Source of the DNA: a virus
Taxonomy: Duplodnaviria > Caudoviricetes
Length of the DNA: 41,775 nt
Virus record (IMG/VR): IMGVR_UViG_3300038393_000403
Coordinates: 1 to 41,775 of that record
Direction: 5' to 3' (one strand)
In this document: positions 33,470-41,775 of the stretch, piece after piece
Layout: each line of letters opens with the position of its first letter
How positions within the stretch are numbered: the first letter of the stretch is position 1
Position numbers and translations under genes: made by a program
The notes under the pieces: generated by a model
Told to the model about the DNA's origin: nothing
Databases searched by the model: none
Seen by the model: only the letters and a program-made list of their open reading frames with translations

Positions 33470-34838
33470 GTATACGTTCCCGCGATACCGCACGGCCAAG
33501 CACCATCGGATCATTGCTGAGCAGTTGGAGCGGGTCGCGAGGGGCGAGGTTGACCGGTTGATGCTGCTTGTGCCGCCAAGGCACGGTAAGTCGGAGTTGG
33601 CGTCGATCAGGCTCCCGGCGTGGTTCCTTGGACGACAGCCGCACAAGCAGTTTCTGTCTGTCTCGGCAACGGAAGGGTTAGCATCCGACTTTGGGCGTGC
33701 GGTCAGAAATACAATCAGTAGCCCAGAATATCGGGCAATCTTCGATACCAGGCTATCGGAGGACAGCCAAGCCAAGGGTAAGTGGCACACGTCGGCTGGC
33801 GGAATTTACTATGCGCTCGGCATTGGTGGTTCTGTTCTTGGTCGTGGCGGCGACTGCATTCTTATCGATGATCCGTATGCATCGATGCAAGACGCGCTAT
33901 CGGAACTGACGCGCAAGAACGTTTGGGATTGGTACACCGGAACGGCTTACAACCGGTTGATGCCGGGCGGCTCGATTGTCGTCATCAATCACCGGATGCA
34001 CGAGGATGACCTTTGCGGGCGTTTGCTGGCGCAGCAGGCAGCTGGCGGCGACCGATGGGAGGTTGTGGACCTTCCTGCCATCAACGATGCCGGTGAAGCG
34101 CTTTGGCCGGATGCGTACCCGATAGAGACGCTAGAGCGGATCAGGAAAAACACACAGGCTCGGTTCTGGTCGGCGCTCTACCAGCAGCAGCCTGCGCCCG
34201 AGGAAGGCGATTACTTTAAGGCTGATTGGCTGCGACCATACGAGAAAGCGCCAGACCTCAAGACGTTGCGTGTTTACGGCGGATCGGACTACGCGGTGAC
34301 AGCGGACGGCGGCGATTACACGGTTCACGCGGTTGTCGGGCTCGATCCTGAAGGCCGCATGTATTTGCTGGACCTATGGCGCAAGCAGGCTGCGTCCGAT
34401 GTTTGGGTTGAGGCGTTCTGCGATCTGGTTAAACAATGGAAGCCAATCGGCTGGGCCGAGGAACAGGGACAAATCAAGTCTGGCGTCGGGCCGTTTCTGG
34501 ATCGCAGGCAACGTGAGCGCAAAGCCTACGTGGTGCGTGATCAATTCCCGACGCGGGGCGACAAGGCCGTTAGAGCACAGTCCATTCGCGGCAGGATGGC
34601 GCTGGAAGGGCTTTACGTTCCGATTGGCGCATCTTGGTATCCCGATTTGCGGGCCGAACTGCTGAGCTTCCCTGCGGGCAAGCATGACGATCAGGTGGAT
34701 GCCTTGGGCTTGGTTGGACAGTTGCTTGATCAAATGGTTGCGGGCGAGAAAAAGCCGGAACAAGAAAAGCCGTCTAATCGGTCGGGCTATAGCGCATATG
34801 AGGCTGATCGTACAGACAATGAATGGGTTACGTACTAA
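33339..34838 (+). CDS. terL: Terminase large subunit (start uncertain; GTG 33396 possible)
   Basis: Walker A 'PPRHGKS', Walker B 'ILIDDP', 'RMHEDDL.G', nuclease 'GSDYA...FPAGKHDDQVDA'. Confidence 0.93.
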   Translation: MTINEMPRIGPETNWSPSSVTPHQIATELLRRKDAEASLIAFTEYTFPRYRTAKHHRIIAEQLERVARGEVDRLMLLVPPRHGKSELASIRLPAWFLGRQPHKQFLSVSATEGLASDFGRAVRNTISSPEYRAIFDTRLSEDSQAKGKWHTSAGGIYYALGIGGSVLGRGGDCILIDDPYASMQDALSELTRKNVWDWYTGTAYNRLMPGGSIVVINHRMHEDDLCGRLLAQQAAGGDRWEVVDLPAINDAGEALWPDAYPIETLERIRKNTQARFWSALYQQQPAPEEGDYFKADWLRPYEKAPDLKTLRVYGGSDYAVTADGGDYTVHAVVGLDPEGRMYLLDLWRKQAASDVWVEAFCDLVKQWKPIGWAEEQGQIKSGVGPFLDRRQRERKAYVVRDQFPTRGDKAVRAQSIRGRMALEGLYVPIGASWYPDLRAELLSFPAGKHDDQVDALGLVGQLLDQMVAGEKKPEQEKPSNRSGYSAYEADRTDNEWVTY

Positions 34839-36857
34839 ATGACCCCATCATCCGGTTATGCGGCAACCCCGGCGACAGTCTCGACGGGCAGCGCAGCCGC
34901 GCCTAAAGCAGACTATTGGCCGCTGGAGAGGTGCAAGCGCGCATATCTGGACTATCTCGTCTCCAAGGCTGATGAGATCGAGGAACAGAAGGAATCGCGC
35001 CGCTATTATCACGGCGCTCAACTCACGCAGAAGCAATACAAGGTTCTGGAAAAGCGCCGGCAACCGCCGCAGATCAGGAACCGGATCAATCGTAAGATTG
35101 ACGGTACGATTGGTCTGCTTGAGCGCTTGCGGCAAGACCCGAAGGCTTATCCGCGTACCCCGAAGCAAGAGGATGGCGCCGATCTGGCGACGGCTGTCTT
35201 GCGCTATGTGCTGGATGAGCAGCAATGGAAAGCGGTTTCGCCGGAATGTAGCCGCGATGCAGCTATTGATGGCATCGGCGGGATTTCACTTGAGTTAACC
35301 CAGGGCGATGAAGGCGACCCGGAGATCGGTTTTGATCTGGTTGAGCCGGATTCATTCTTCTATGACCCGCGCTCCTACCGTGCTGACTTTTCCGACGCCG
35401 GGTACATGGGCGAGGGAAAGTGGTTTGACACTGATACCGCCGTCGATTTGTTCCCGGATCACGCCGAGCAGATACGCGGCACCGGTTCTGACAGCACCGA
35501 ACTGACCAGCTTGCCGGATCGGGAGCGCAAGTGGTTTTCGTTCGAAGGCGGCAAGCGTCTCATTCGCATTGTGGAGATCTGGTACAAAAACAAGGGCGGC
35601 AAGTGGTGCTGGGCCATGTTCACCGGCGACACGATCCTGATGGAGGGGGATTCGTATTTCTTCGACGAGAAGAAGAAGACGATCTGCCGCTACATCATGT
35701 TCGCGTGCAATGTGGATCACGATGGCGATCGGTACGGCTTCGTGCGGAATATGAAGTTCACGCAAGACTCGCTGAACTTCAAGCACTCCAAGATGAACCA
35801 CATGCTTGCGTCGAAGCGGTTGTTTGTCACCAAGGGGGCTGTTGACAATATCGAGCGGACGCGAACTGAGGCCGCGCGAGCCGATGGTGTGGTTGTCGTT
35901 AACGGGAAAACCGTGAACGACGGCATTAAAACCGACGACCAGTCCTTTGATTTCGCCGGCCTCGCCAAAATGCTTGAGGAGGACAAGCAGGAGATTGATC
36001 GGTTCGGGCCGAACCAGGCGCTTATTGGTGACATGACCAACACGTCGGGCCGCGCCATCCAGTTGCTACAACAGGCTGGGATGGCTGAGCTTGGGCCATA
36101 TATCCTCGGCTGGCGTGGCTGGAAAATCCGAGTTTACCGCGCAATCTTCAATGCGGTGCAGAAGTATTGGCAAGCCCCGCGATATATCCGCGTGACGGAT
36201 AGCGAGGAATTGCAGCAGTTCATTCAGATTAACGGCGTGGGGATTGATCCGCAGACCGGCTTCCCCACGATGGTTAATGCGCTGGGCTCACTCGACGTTG
36301 ATATCATCCTTGATGAGGGTGCGGATCAGGTCAACGCGCAGGCGGACCTTTACGAGACGTTGCAGCAGGTTCTCCCGGCTGTGGCGCCGATGCTAACCCC
36401 GCCGCAGGCTCAGGCCGCAGTCGGGTTGCTAATCGACGCGTCGTCGTTGGAATCGCAAGCTAAGAAGAAGTTCCGTGACGCATCCAAACCGCGACCGCCC
36501 GACCCAATGCAGCAGCGCGCCGCGATGGCCGAAGTGGCTGGCAAGGAAGCGGACGTACAGGAAACACAATCCAAGGCCGCGCTGAATATGGCGAAGGCCC
36601 GGGAAACCGGCATGCCCGATATGGGCGCGCCGCAGAAACCGCAGGCATATGAACTGCCGCCTGACATCCAGAACGCGCAGGCCATAGCCGACATCAACGA
36701 GACAAATGCGAGCGCTGAGCACAAGCGCGCTCAGTCACGCCACATCGAAACGCAGACCGCCATGGCCCCAATCGAGATGATGGCGAGCCACGCCCAGCAG
36801 GCGGCTGACAGGGATCAACGGGCAGAGCAATTCGCTAATCGCCCGCAGAGTTCGTAA
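34839..36857 (+). CDS. Portal protein (P22-like)
   Basis: 672 aa after TerL; 'YYHGAQ...L..R.QP....NRI..KID...G', 'FFYDPRS...DFSDA.Y', 'YGFVRNM...QD..N', 'SGRAI...QQAG', long Gln/Ala-rich C-terminal region. Confidence 0.88.
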   Translation: MTPSSGYAATPATVSTGSAAAPKADYWPLERCKRAYLDYLVSKADEIEEQKESRRYYHGAQLTQKQYKVLEKRRQPPQIRNRINRKIDGTIGLLERLRQDPKAYPRTPKQEDGADLATAVLRYVLDEQQWKAVSPECSRDAAIDGIGGISLELTQGDEGDPEIGFDLVEPDSFFYDPRSYRADFSDAGYMGEGKWFDTDTAVDLFPDHAEQIRGTGSDSTELTSLPDRERKWFSFEGGKRLIRIVEIWYKNKGGKWCWAMFTGDTILMEGDSYFFDEKKKTICRYIMFACNVDHDGDRYGFVRNMKFTQDSLNFKHSKMNHMLASKRLFVTKGAVDNIERTRTEAARADGVVVVNGKTVNDGIKTDDQSFDFAGLAKMLEEDKQEIDRFGPNQALIGDMTNTSGRAIQLLQQAGMAELGPYILGWRGWKIRVYRAIFNAVQKYWQAPRYIRVTDSEELQQFIQINGVGIDPQTGFPTMVNALGSLDVDIILDEGADQVNAQADLYETLQQVLPAVAPMLTPPQAQAAVGLLIDASSLESQAKKKFRDASKPRPPDPMQQRAAMAEVAGKEADVQETQSKAALNMAKARETGMPDMGAPQKPQAYELPPDIQNAQAIADINETNASAEHKRAQSRHIETQTAMAPIEMMASHAQQAADRDQRAEQFANRPQSS

Positions 36858-36943
36858 CGCACCCGACGAAACAGGGACGGTCACGCACGCTGACGGCGAT
36901 ATGTCGGCACACGTCTCGGCACGAAACGCCGGCTTGAGGAAAC

Positions 36944-37813
36944 ATGGAACTGAACAACGGAGACCTTCTAGATTCTGCAATGACTGATGAGCCTGTCGTG
37001 ACGCAAGAGGTGGCAACGCCTCCCGCTGACCAGCAGGACGCCGGACAGTTGAGAGACGAGCAGGGACGCTTTGCGGCGCAACAGGCTGAACAGCCTGCGG
37101 AGCATGTAGACCCGGCACAGTCTCAACAGCCGCCGCAGGGATTTGTCCCATCGGGGCGGTTGCGCGAGGAGCGCGAGGCAAGGGAAGCGATTGAACGTCG
37201 TTTCCAGGAATCGCAGGCGCAATGGCAGCGTGAATTGCAGCAGATTCGCTCGCAATTACCGCAGCAGGAGCAGCCAAAAGCTCCCGACGTGTTCGAAAAC
37301 CCTGATGGGTTTTTGCAGCACGGTGTTCGGCAGGCAATCGACCCCATCCAGAACCAGATCGGACAGTTGCGAGAGTTCTATTCGCAGCGCGAGGCCGTCC
37401 GGGAGCATGGGGCCGAAAAGGTGAAGGCCGCTTACGATTGGATCGTGCAGGGCATGCAAATGAATGACCCGGCACGCGCATCGATCTATCAGCGGGCGAT
37501 GCAGTCGATGGACCCATACGGGGAAATTGTCGCGGAGCATCAGAAAAGCACCGTCTACAGTCAGATCGGCAACGACCCGCAGGCTTGGTTCGGCAAGACG
37601 CTCGATGAGCGGCTATCATCCGATCCGAAATTTGCGGCCGAGGTGTTGCAGAAGATCCAAGGCGCCGTGCAAGGCCATAATAACCCTCAAGCGCAAGGCA
37701 ACAACATCATCAATGTGCCGCCAAATCTAAGGCGCGCTCCTGGTGCCCGTGCAGGCTCGGAAGAGTCGGGCGACATGAGCAACGCGTCTCTGCTGGCGGC
37801 GTCAATGCGCTAG
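36944..37813 (+). CDS. Scaffolding protein
   Basis: Between portal and capsid; 'RDEQGRFA', 'VP..RLREERE.R' coiled coil; Gln/Glu-rich. Confidence 0.75.
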   Translation: MELNNGDLLDSAMTDEPVVTQEVATPPADQQDAGQLRDEQGRFAAQQAEQPAEHVDPAQSQQPPQGFVPSGRLREEREAREAIERRFQESQAQWQRELQQIRSQLPQQEQPKAPDVFENPDGFLQHGVRQAIDPIQNQIGQLREFYSQREAVREHGAEKVKAAYDWIVQGMQMNDPARASIYQRAMQSMDPYGEIVAEHQKSTVYSQIGNDPQAWFGKTLDERLSSDPKFAAEVLQKIQGAVQGHNNPQAQGNNIINVPPNLRRAPGARAGSEESGDMSNASLLAASMR

Positions 37814-37835
37814 AAGTCCGCACATCAATCAAAGC

Positions 37836-37862
37836 AGCCCGCCTCTGGCGGGCTTTTTGTTG
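37836..37862 (+). terminator. Terminator between scaffold and capsid genes
   Basis: AGCCCGCC-tct-GGCGGGCT-TTTTGTTT. Confidence 0.7.
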
Positions 37863-37892
37863 AGCGGATGACGGCGCGAAAGGAAAACGACA

Positions 37893-39047
37893 ATGGCCGT
37901 CACGAATGTTTCGAGCAACAACAAGCTCGTCAAGTACACGACTGAAATCAACCGCGAGTGGGTTCGCGGCAATGCGTTCTCGCCCTATCAGAGCGAGAGC
38001 TTGAACGCGATCATCCGCATCCGCACCGATCTTGAAGGTGTGAATGGCGGCGAGCAGATGAATATTCCGCTCGTGCGCCGCTTGCAGGGCAAGGGCAAGG
38101 GTGTCGGCACTCTCGTCGGCAACGAAGAGAAGATCGACAACTACGGTCAGCGCGCCTACATTGACTGGAAGCGCAACGCCGTCGCCACCACGAAAGCAGA
38201 TCAGCACAAGGATTCGGCTGACATCTTCGGAGAGGCCAAGCCGCTGCTTTCGGACTGGATGAATGAGGCCAAGCGGGATGAACTGATTGCGGCGTTCATG
38301 TCGCTGCCGTCTGAATCCCCGCCCGCAAACCTCGGTTCGGATGACGGTGATACCGTCAACGGCATTCGCTACGAGGATGCGACAGCGGCCCAGCGCAATA
38401 CCTGGAACGCGGACAACTCCGACCGTGTTTTGTATGGCGCCGCAACGACAAACTACAATGCGACGCATTCGACGGCATTGGCGACGCTGGACACCACGGC
38501 CGATACCTTCACAGCAACAAACCTGTCGCTGCTCAAGCGTATCGCGCGCAATGCCAACCCGAAAATCCGGCCTTATAAGCTGGGTGATGGCCGGGAGTAT
38601 TTCGTTGCCTTCGCCGGCACGAACTCCTTCCGTGATCTGAAGCTCAGTCTTCAGACCATCAACAAGGATGCGCGCCCGCGTGAGGGGAATGGCGTTTCCA
38701 ACAACCCGCTGTTTCAGGATGGCGACCAGATTTATGACGGCGTGATCGTCCGGGAAGTGCCGGAAATCTCCGCGTTCGTCACCAATGTCTGGACCTCTCT
38801 CCTGACGGCTGGCGCTTCGTCCGCTCGCGTCGAGCCTGTGTTCCTCTGCGGCCAGCAGGCGGCCTACATGGCCATCGGCCAGATGGCGCGCCCGACGTTC
38901 CGTAAGGAAGACGATTACGGGATGATCAAGGGCGTCGGTATCGAGGCGGCTTACGGCGTCGGCAAGATGTTCTCTAAATCTCAGAGCAACACCAAGCTGG
39001 TGCAGTGGGGCGTTGCTACCGGGTTCTTCGCTTCGGCGGCCGACTAA
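37893..39047 (+). CDS. Major capsid protein (DUF4043-like)
   Basis: 384 aa; 'L..RLQGKG....LVGNEE', 'NPLF.....YDGVIV.E', 'LCGQQA...EDDYG..KGV'; strong AAGGA RBS; terminator after. Confidence 0.85.
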   Translation: MAVTNVSSNNKLVKYTTEINREWVRGNAFSPYQSESLNAIIRIRTDLEGVNGGEQMNIPLVRRLQGKGKGVGTLVGNEEKIDNYGQRAYIDWKRNAVATTKADQHKDSADIFGEAKPLLSDWMNEAKRDELIAAFMSLPSESPPANLGSDDGDTVNGIRYEDATAAQRNTWNADNSDRVLYGAATTNYNATHSTALATLDTTADTFTATNLSLLKRIARNANPKIRPYKLGDGREYFVAFAGTNSFRDLKLSLQTINKDARPREGNGVSNNPLFQDGDQIYDGVIVREVPEISAFVTNVWTSLLTAGASSARVEPVFLCGQQAAYMAIGQMARPTFRKEDDYGMIKGVGIEAAYGVGKMFSKSQSNTKLVQWGVATGFFASAAD

Positions 39048-39054
39048 TCCATCC

Positions 39055-39077
39055 GGGGGAGCTTCGGCTCCTCTTTT
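39055..39077 (+). terminator. Terminator after the capsid gene
   Basis: GGGGAGC-TTCG-GCTCCTC-TTTT (UUCG tetraloop). Confidence 0.75.
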
Positions 39078-39101
39078 CCATTTTCAGAGAAGGAAACCGC
39101 C

Positions 39102-39497
39102 ATGACTGGCACCCTCAACAATAACGCGGCAGCGCAGGACATCGGTTACGGTGTTGTGCAGTTTCTACGCAAGACCATCACTTACCTCGACGACGGCAAG
39201 ACCGTCGATATCGGCACGCTGCCGGACGGCGCAGTGATCCTCAAGGTGCTGTCCGGCGTTCAGGTCAACATCGCCTTTAATGGCGGCACGACCAACACCC
39301 TCGACGTTGGCCCCTCAACCGACAGCGGCACGAACCTGTGGGGCACGGTGCTCGCACTGGGGGCTATCGCATTCGTCCCGCTGGACGAAGCCGTGTCGAT
39401 GGCTGTTTCTGGCGATACCAAAGCTCAGGCCAAGGTGGTTTCAACGGCCGGCGCTTCGGCCGGTTCGGCTGATATCGTCATCGCCTACGTGGTCTAA
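39102..39497 (+). CDS. Capsid decoration/cement protein
   Basis: Follows the capsid gene; 'IGTLPDGAVI....V.V..AFNGGTTNTLDVG' beta-rich. Confidence 0.65.
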   Translation: MTGTLNNNAAAQDIGYGVVQFLRKTITYLDDGKTVDIGTLPDGAVILKVLSGVQVNIAFNGGTTNTLDVGPSTDSGTNLWGTVLALGAIAFVPLDEAVSMAVSGDTKAQAKVVSTAGASAGSADIVIAYVV

Positions 39498-39503
39498 CCT
39501 CTC

Positions 39504-39839
39504 ATGACCAAGACAGCCGATAACCTCGTCTATGAAGTCGCTGGCATCCTTGGCCGAGCCGTTCCCGGCGAAGCTTTGGGCCAGATCGAGTACGACATCA
39601 TCAACGGTAATATCGATCCTGTCTTGGCTGAGGTTGCGACCATCGTTTACGTCGGGGATCGTAACGCAATCCCCGACAATTTCTTTCAGACCATAGCGCG
39701 GCTGGTCGCCGTTCATTCGGCGGCGAAGTTCAGTAATGCGCCGGTCGATCTAGCGGCAGTTGAACAGCACGAAAACCGGCTTCGATATCTGTCGGCTGAA
39801 ACGCTCACCTACGCGCCAGCGGCCGGCGAATACTTCTAG
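39504..39839 (+). CDS. Head-tail adaptor (P22 gp4-like)
   Basis: Small helical protein between head and tail-hub genes, ending 'EYF'. Confidence 0.65.
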   Translation: MTKTADNLVYEVAGILGRAVPGEALGQIEYDIINGNIDPVLAEVATIVYVGDRNAIPDNFFQTIARLVAVHSAAKFSNAPVDLAAVEQHENRLRYLSAETLTYAPAAGEYF

Positions 39840-39841
39840 CC

Positions 39842-41260
39842 ATGGCCGCCATTCCTCTCCCCCTGATCACCGCACCGGGACGGCACCCGCAAGCGGCGGG
39901 CGGGCGGCTGGTCAATACGTATATGGAGAAGCTGAGCAGCACGGCCGGGCAGAAGTATGCCTATTGGCGGGCTCCGGGGCTCAAGCTGTTCAAGGCGATT
40001 ACGGGGAGTAATTTCCGTGGCGCGCTTGTCGTTGGTTCGCTGCTCTACGTCGTGGTGGATAATATCGCGTACTCGGTGACGAGCGGCGGGGTTGTCACCG
40101 CTATGACCGGAACAGTGCCGGGCACGGTTGGCGTGTTCATGGCGCACAACAACAAGCAGCCAACCGCTGATATCGTGATAGTTGCGCCGGGCGACGGTGC
40201 ATTCATCATCGCGTCAGGCGCGGTGAGCGATTATCCCGACGCCGACGTTGGGCAGCCTAACTCGGTCGTGTTTCATCGCGGCTTCTTCGCGTTCACGTAT
40301 GGCGACGGCAAGTCGCGCACGTCGGGCATCAACACGACGGACATCAACACGAACGACGTAGCGACGGCTGAAAGCAAGCCGGATGGGCTATTGCGCCCCA
40401 TTCCGCTCGGTAACGGGCAAATCCTGCTCTGCGGTTCATCGTCGATAGAGGCATGGGGCGGGCAGAACGACACGGCTTATCCGTGGAATTACATCGCCAC
40501 CATCCCGCGCGGCATCATCGGCGCGTATGCCATCGCAGGGCATGAGGACGGTTTCGGCAAGGGGCTGTTCTTCGTCGGGGATGACTTCGGCGTTCATACC
40601 TTGAACGGCTATGCTACGGTGAAGATTTCGCCGGATGATCTCGACCGGAAGATTGAAGCCGAGACGGACAAGACGGCCATTCGCGTTTCCGCTTTCATTT
40701 CTGGCGGCCGGTCATTCGTCGCGGTGCAGGGTGTGGCGTGGTGCTGGATCTATGACGTTGGCGAACAAACGTGGCATGAGCGCGAAAGCTATCTCGTCAA
40801 GTATTGGCGCGCCTGCTTCCCGGTGAAGGCATTCGACACGTGGCTGTGTGGCGATCTGAAAACGGGCGATTTGTTGCAGATCGACATGACGACACAGGAC
40901 GAGGTTGGCGACCCGCTGCGGCAGCGGATTGAAACTGGTCCGGCTGGTGCGTTCCCCGCGCCGATCCGCGTCAACGAGATCGAATTGTATCTCACCAAGG
41001 GCGTTGGCATCGCGACGGGGAGCGACCCGGATCAGACCGCGCCGGATATCGAGGTTTCGATTTCGCGCGATGGCGGCCAGACGTGGAGCAACCCGCGCGT
41101 GTTGAAGGTTGGTCGGCAGGCGCTCACGGCGGGGCGCGTGCGCTCCTCGATCTGGGGCACGGTTGACGATCCGCAGGGTGTGCGCTGGCGGTTCGATATG
41201 TCGTCGGCTGCGCCGTTCGCGCTGATGGGCGCCGACATGAAAGCGGACGTGCTTCGATGA
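39842..41260 (+). CDS. Tail hub / packaged-DNA stabilisation protein (P22 gp10-like)
   Basis: 472 aa; 'RLVN.Y.E', 'APGL', 'ATAESKPD', 'WIYD...QTWHER.S', 'SRDGGQTWS...G'. Confidence 0.82.
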   Translation: MAAIPLPLITAPGRHPQAAGGRLVNTYMEKLSSTAGQKYAYWRAPGLKLFKAITGSNFRGALVVGSLLYVVVDNIAYSVTSGGVVTAMTGTVPGTVGVFMAHNNKQPTADIVIVAPGDGAFIIASGAVSDYPDADVGQPNSVVFHRGFFAFTYGDGKSRTSGINTTDINTNDVATAESKPDGLLRPIPLGNGQILLCGSSSIEAWGGQNDTAYPWNYIATIPRGIIGAYAIAGHEDGFGKGLFFVGDDFGVHTLNGYATVKISPDDLDRKIEAETDKTAIRVSAFISGGRSFVAVQGVAWCWIYDVGEQTWHERESYLVKYWRACFPVKAFDTWLCGDLKTGDLLQIDMTTQDEVGDPLRQRIETGPAGAFPAPIRVNEIELYLTKGVGIATGSDPDQTAPDIEVSISRDGGQTWSNPRVLKVGRQALTAGRVRSSIWGTVDDPQGVRWRFDMSSAAPFALMGADMKADVLR

Positions 41261-41273
41261 ACGGGGTTTAGCG

Positions 41274-41705
41274 ATGCCAGATAGCATGAGCTTAGCTTCG
41301 CTCGGACTTAATCCGGTGCTTGCGGGCCGAGAGCCGGCACCGACCTACAACACGCCGCTGGGCCAGCTTGGTGAAATGGCTTTCCGCCAGTGGGTGCAGG
41401 ACAACCGTGTTCCTTTTAACCCGGATGCCACAGCACCGCAGGATTACGATATGCGGGGATTTTATCAGGGATTGCAGCAGCAGAACCCAAAGGCGATGAC
41501 CGCCGTAAATGCGAACGACGGTCAATTGCATTTCCCGGACTATTGGAAAACACCACTGCACCGCAGCTTTTCCAACGAAAGCCAGTGGGCTCCTCCGACC
41601 GCGCCAAGCTGGAACAACTTAGATCAACTTGTAACTCCTGGCGGCCGTATTGTGTTTGATGAGCGCCGTCCTGTGACGTTAGCGGATTTGGTTGGGATGC
41701 GATGA
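41274..41705 (+). CDS. Hypothetical late protein with a distinctive motif set
   Basis: 'YNTPL...E.AF.QW...DYDMRGFY...HFPDYWKTPLH.SFSNESQW'; stop overlaps the ATG of the next gene. Confidence 0.7.
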   Translation: MPDSMSLASLGLNPVLAGREPAPTYNTPLGQLGEMAFRQWVQDNRVPFNPDATAPQDYDMRGFYQGLQQQNPKAMTAVNANDGQLHFPDYWKTPLHRSFSNESQWAPPTAPSWNNLDQLVTPGGRIVFDERRPVTLADLVGMR

Positions 41706-41775
41706 AAGTCACGCTGCCGGGCCAGACCACAACGGTTGACGCTGGGGCCGGCGTTGATCCGATCTGGTACGAAAA
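41649..41775 (+). repeat. Terminal direct repeat, copy 2 (circular-assembly overlap)
   Basis: Identical to 1-127. Confidence 0.95.

Larger units (their letters stand above)
1..41775. mobile_element. Complete circular temperate phage genome (P22-like podovirus morphogenesis module), probable alphaproteobacterial host
   Basis: Full set of packaging, head, tail, lysis, integration, immunity and replication genes; terminal 127-bp exact overlap; intact attP next to the integrase; no host genes seen. Confidence 0.93.

Noticed and set aside
41649-41775. 127-bp terminal direct repeat as biological phage termini
   Set aside because: The length equals a common assembler k-mer and the repeat cuts through coding sequence; best explained as circular-contig overlap

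Overview
The window is an apparently complete, circular genome of a temperate podovirus-type phage. Unit length is about 41,648 bp: bases 1-127 are repeated exactly at 41649-41775, as expected from an assembler overlap. The host is most likely an alphaproteobacterium (Hyphomicrobiales-like), inferred from GTTC-N7-GTTC LexA boxes, a GcrA-like gene, a DUF6456-like late regulator and a GC-rich sequence. Modules: (i) P22-like morphogenesis (TerS, TerL, portal, scaffold, capsid, gp4/gp10-like tail proteins, three ejection proteins, tail fibre and tailspike); (ii) a SAM methyltransferase moron; (iii) a GH19 endolysin/holin lysis cassette; (iv) a divergent HicBA-like pair; (v) attP with a tyrosine integrase and excisionase; (vi) a long leftward early operon of small genes; (vii) a cI/cro switch with 14-bp palindromic operators; (viii) RuvC, PD-(D/E)XK nuclease, SSB-like and primase-helicase genes followed by an iteron-like array. 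Most notable: (1) The repressor lacks an autocleavage domain, and an unannotated 51-aa ORF behind a perfect LexA box lies antisense over the repressor's 3' end. It resembles the repressor's own C-terminal helical domain, making it a candidate SOS-induced mimic antirepressor. (2) attP carries the 5' half of tRNA-Leu(UAA), so integration should swap promoters between the host's rare-codon tRNA and a phage operon. All product calls come from motif recognition by eye; no database searches were run.
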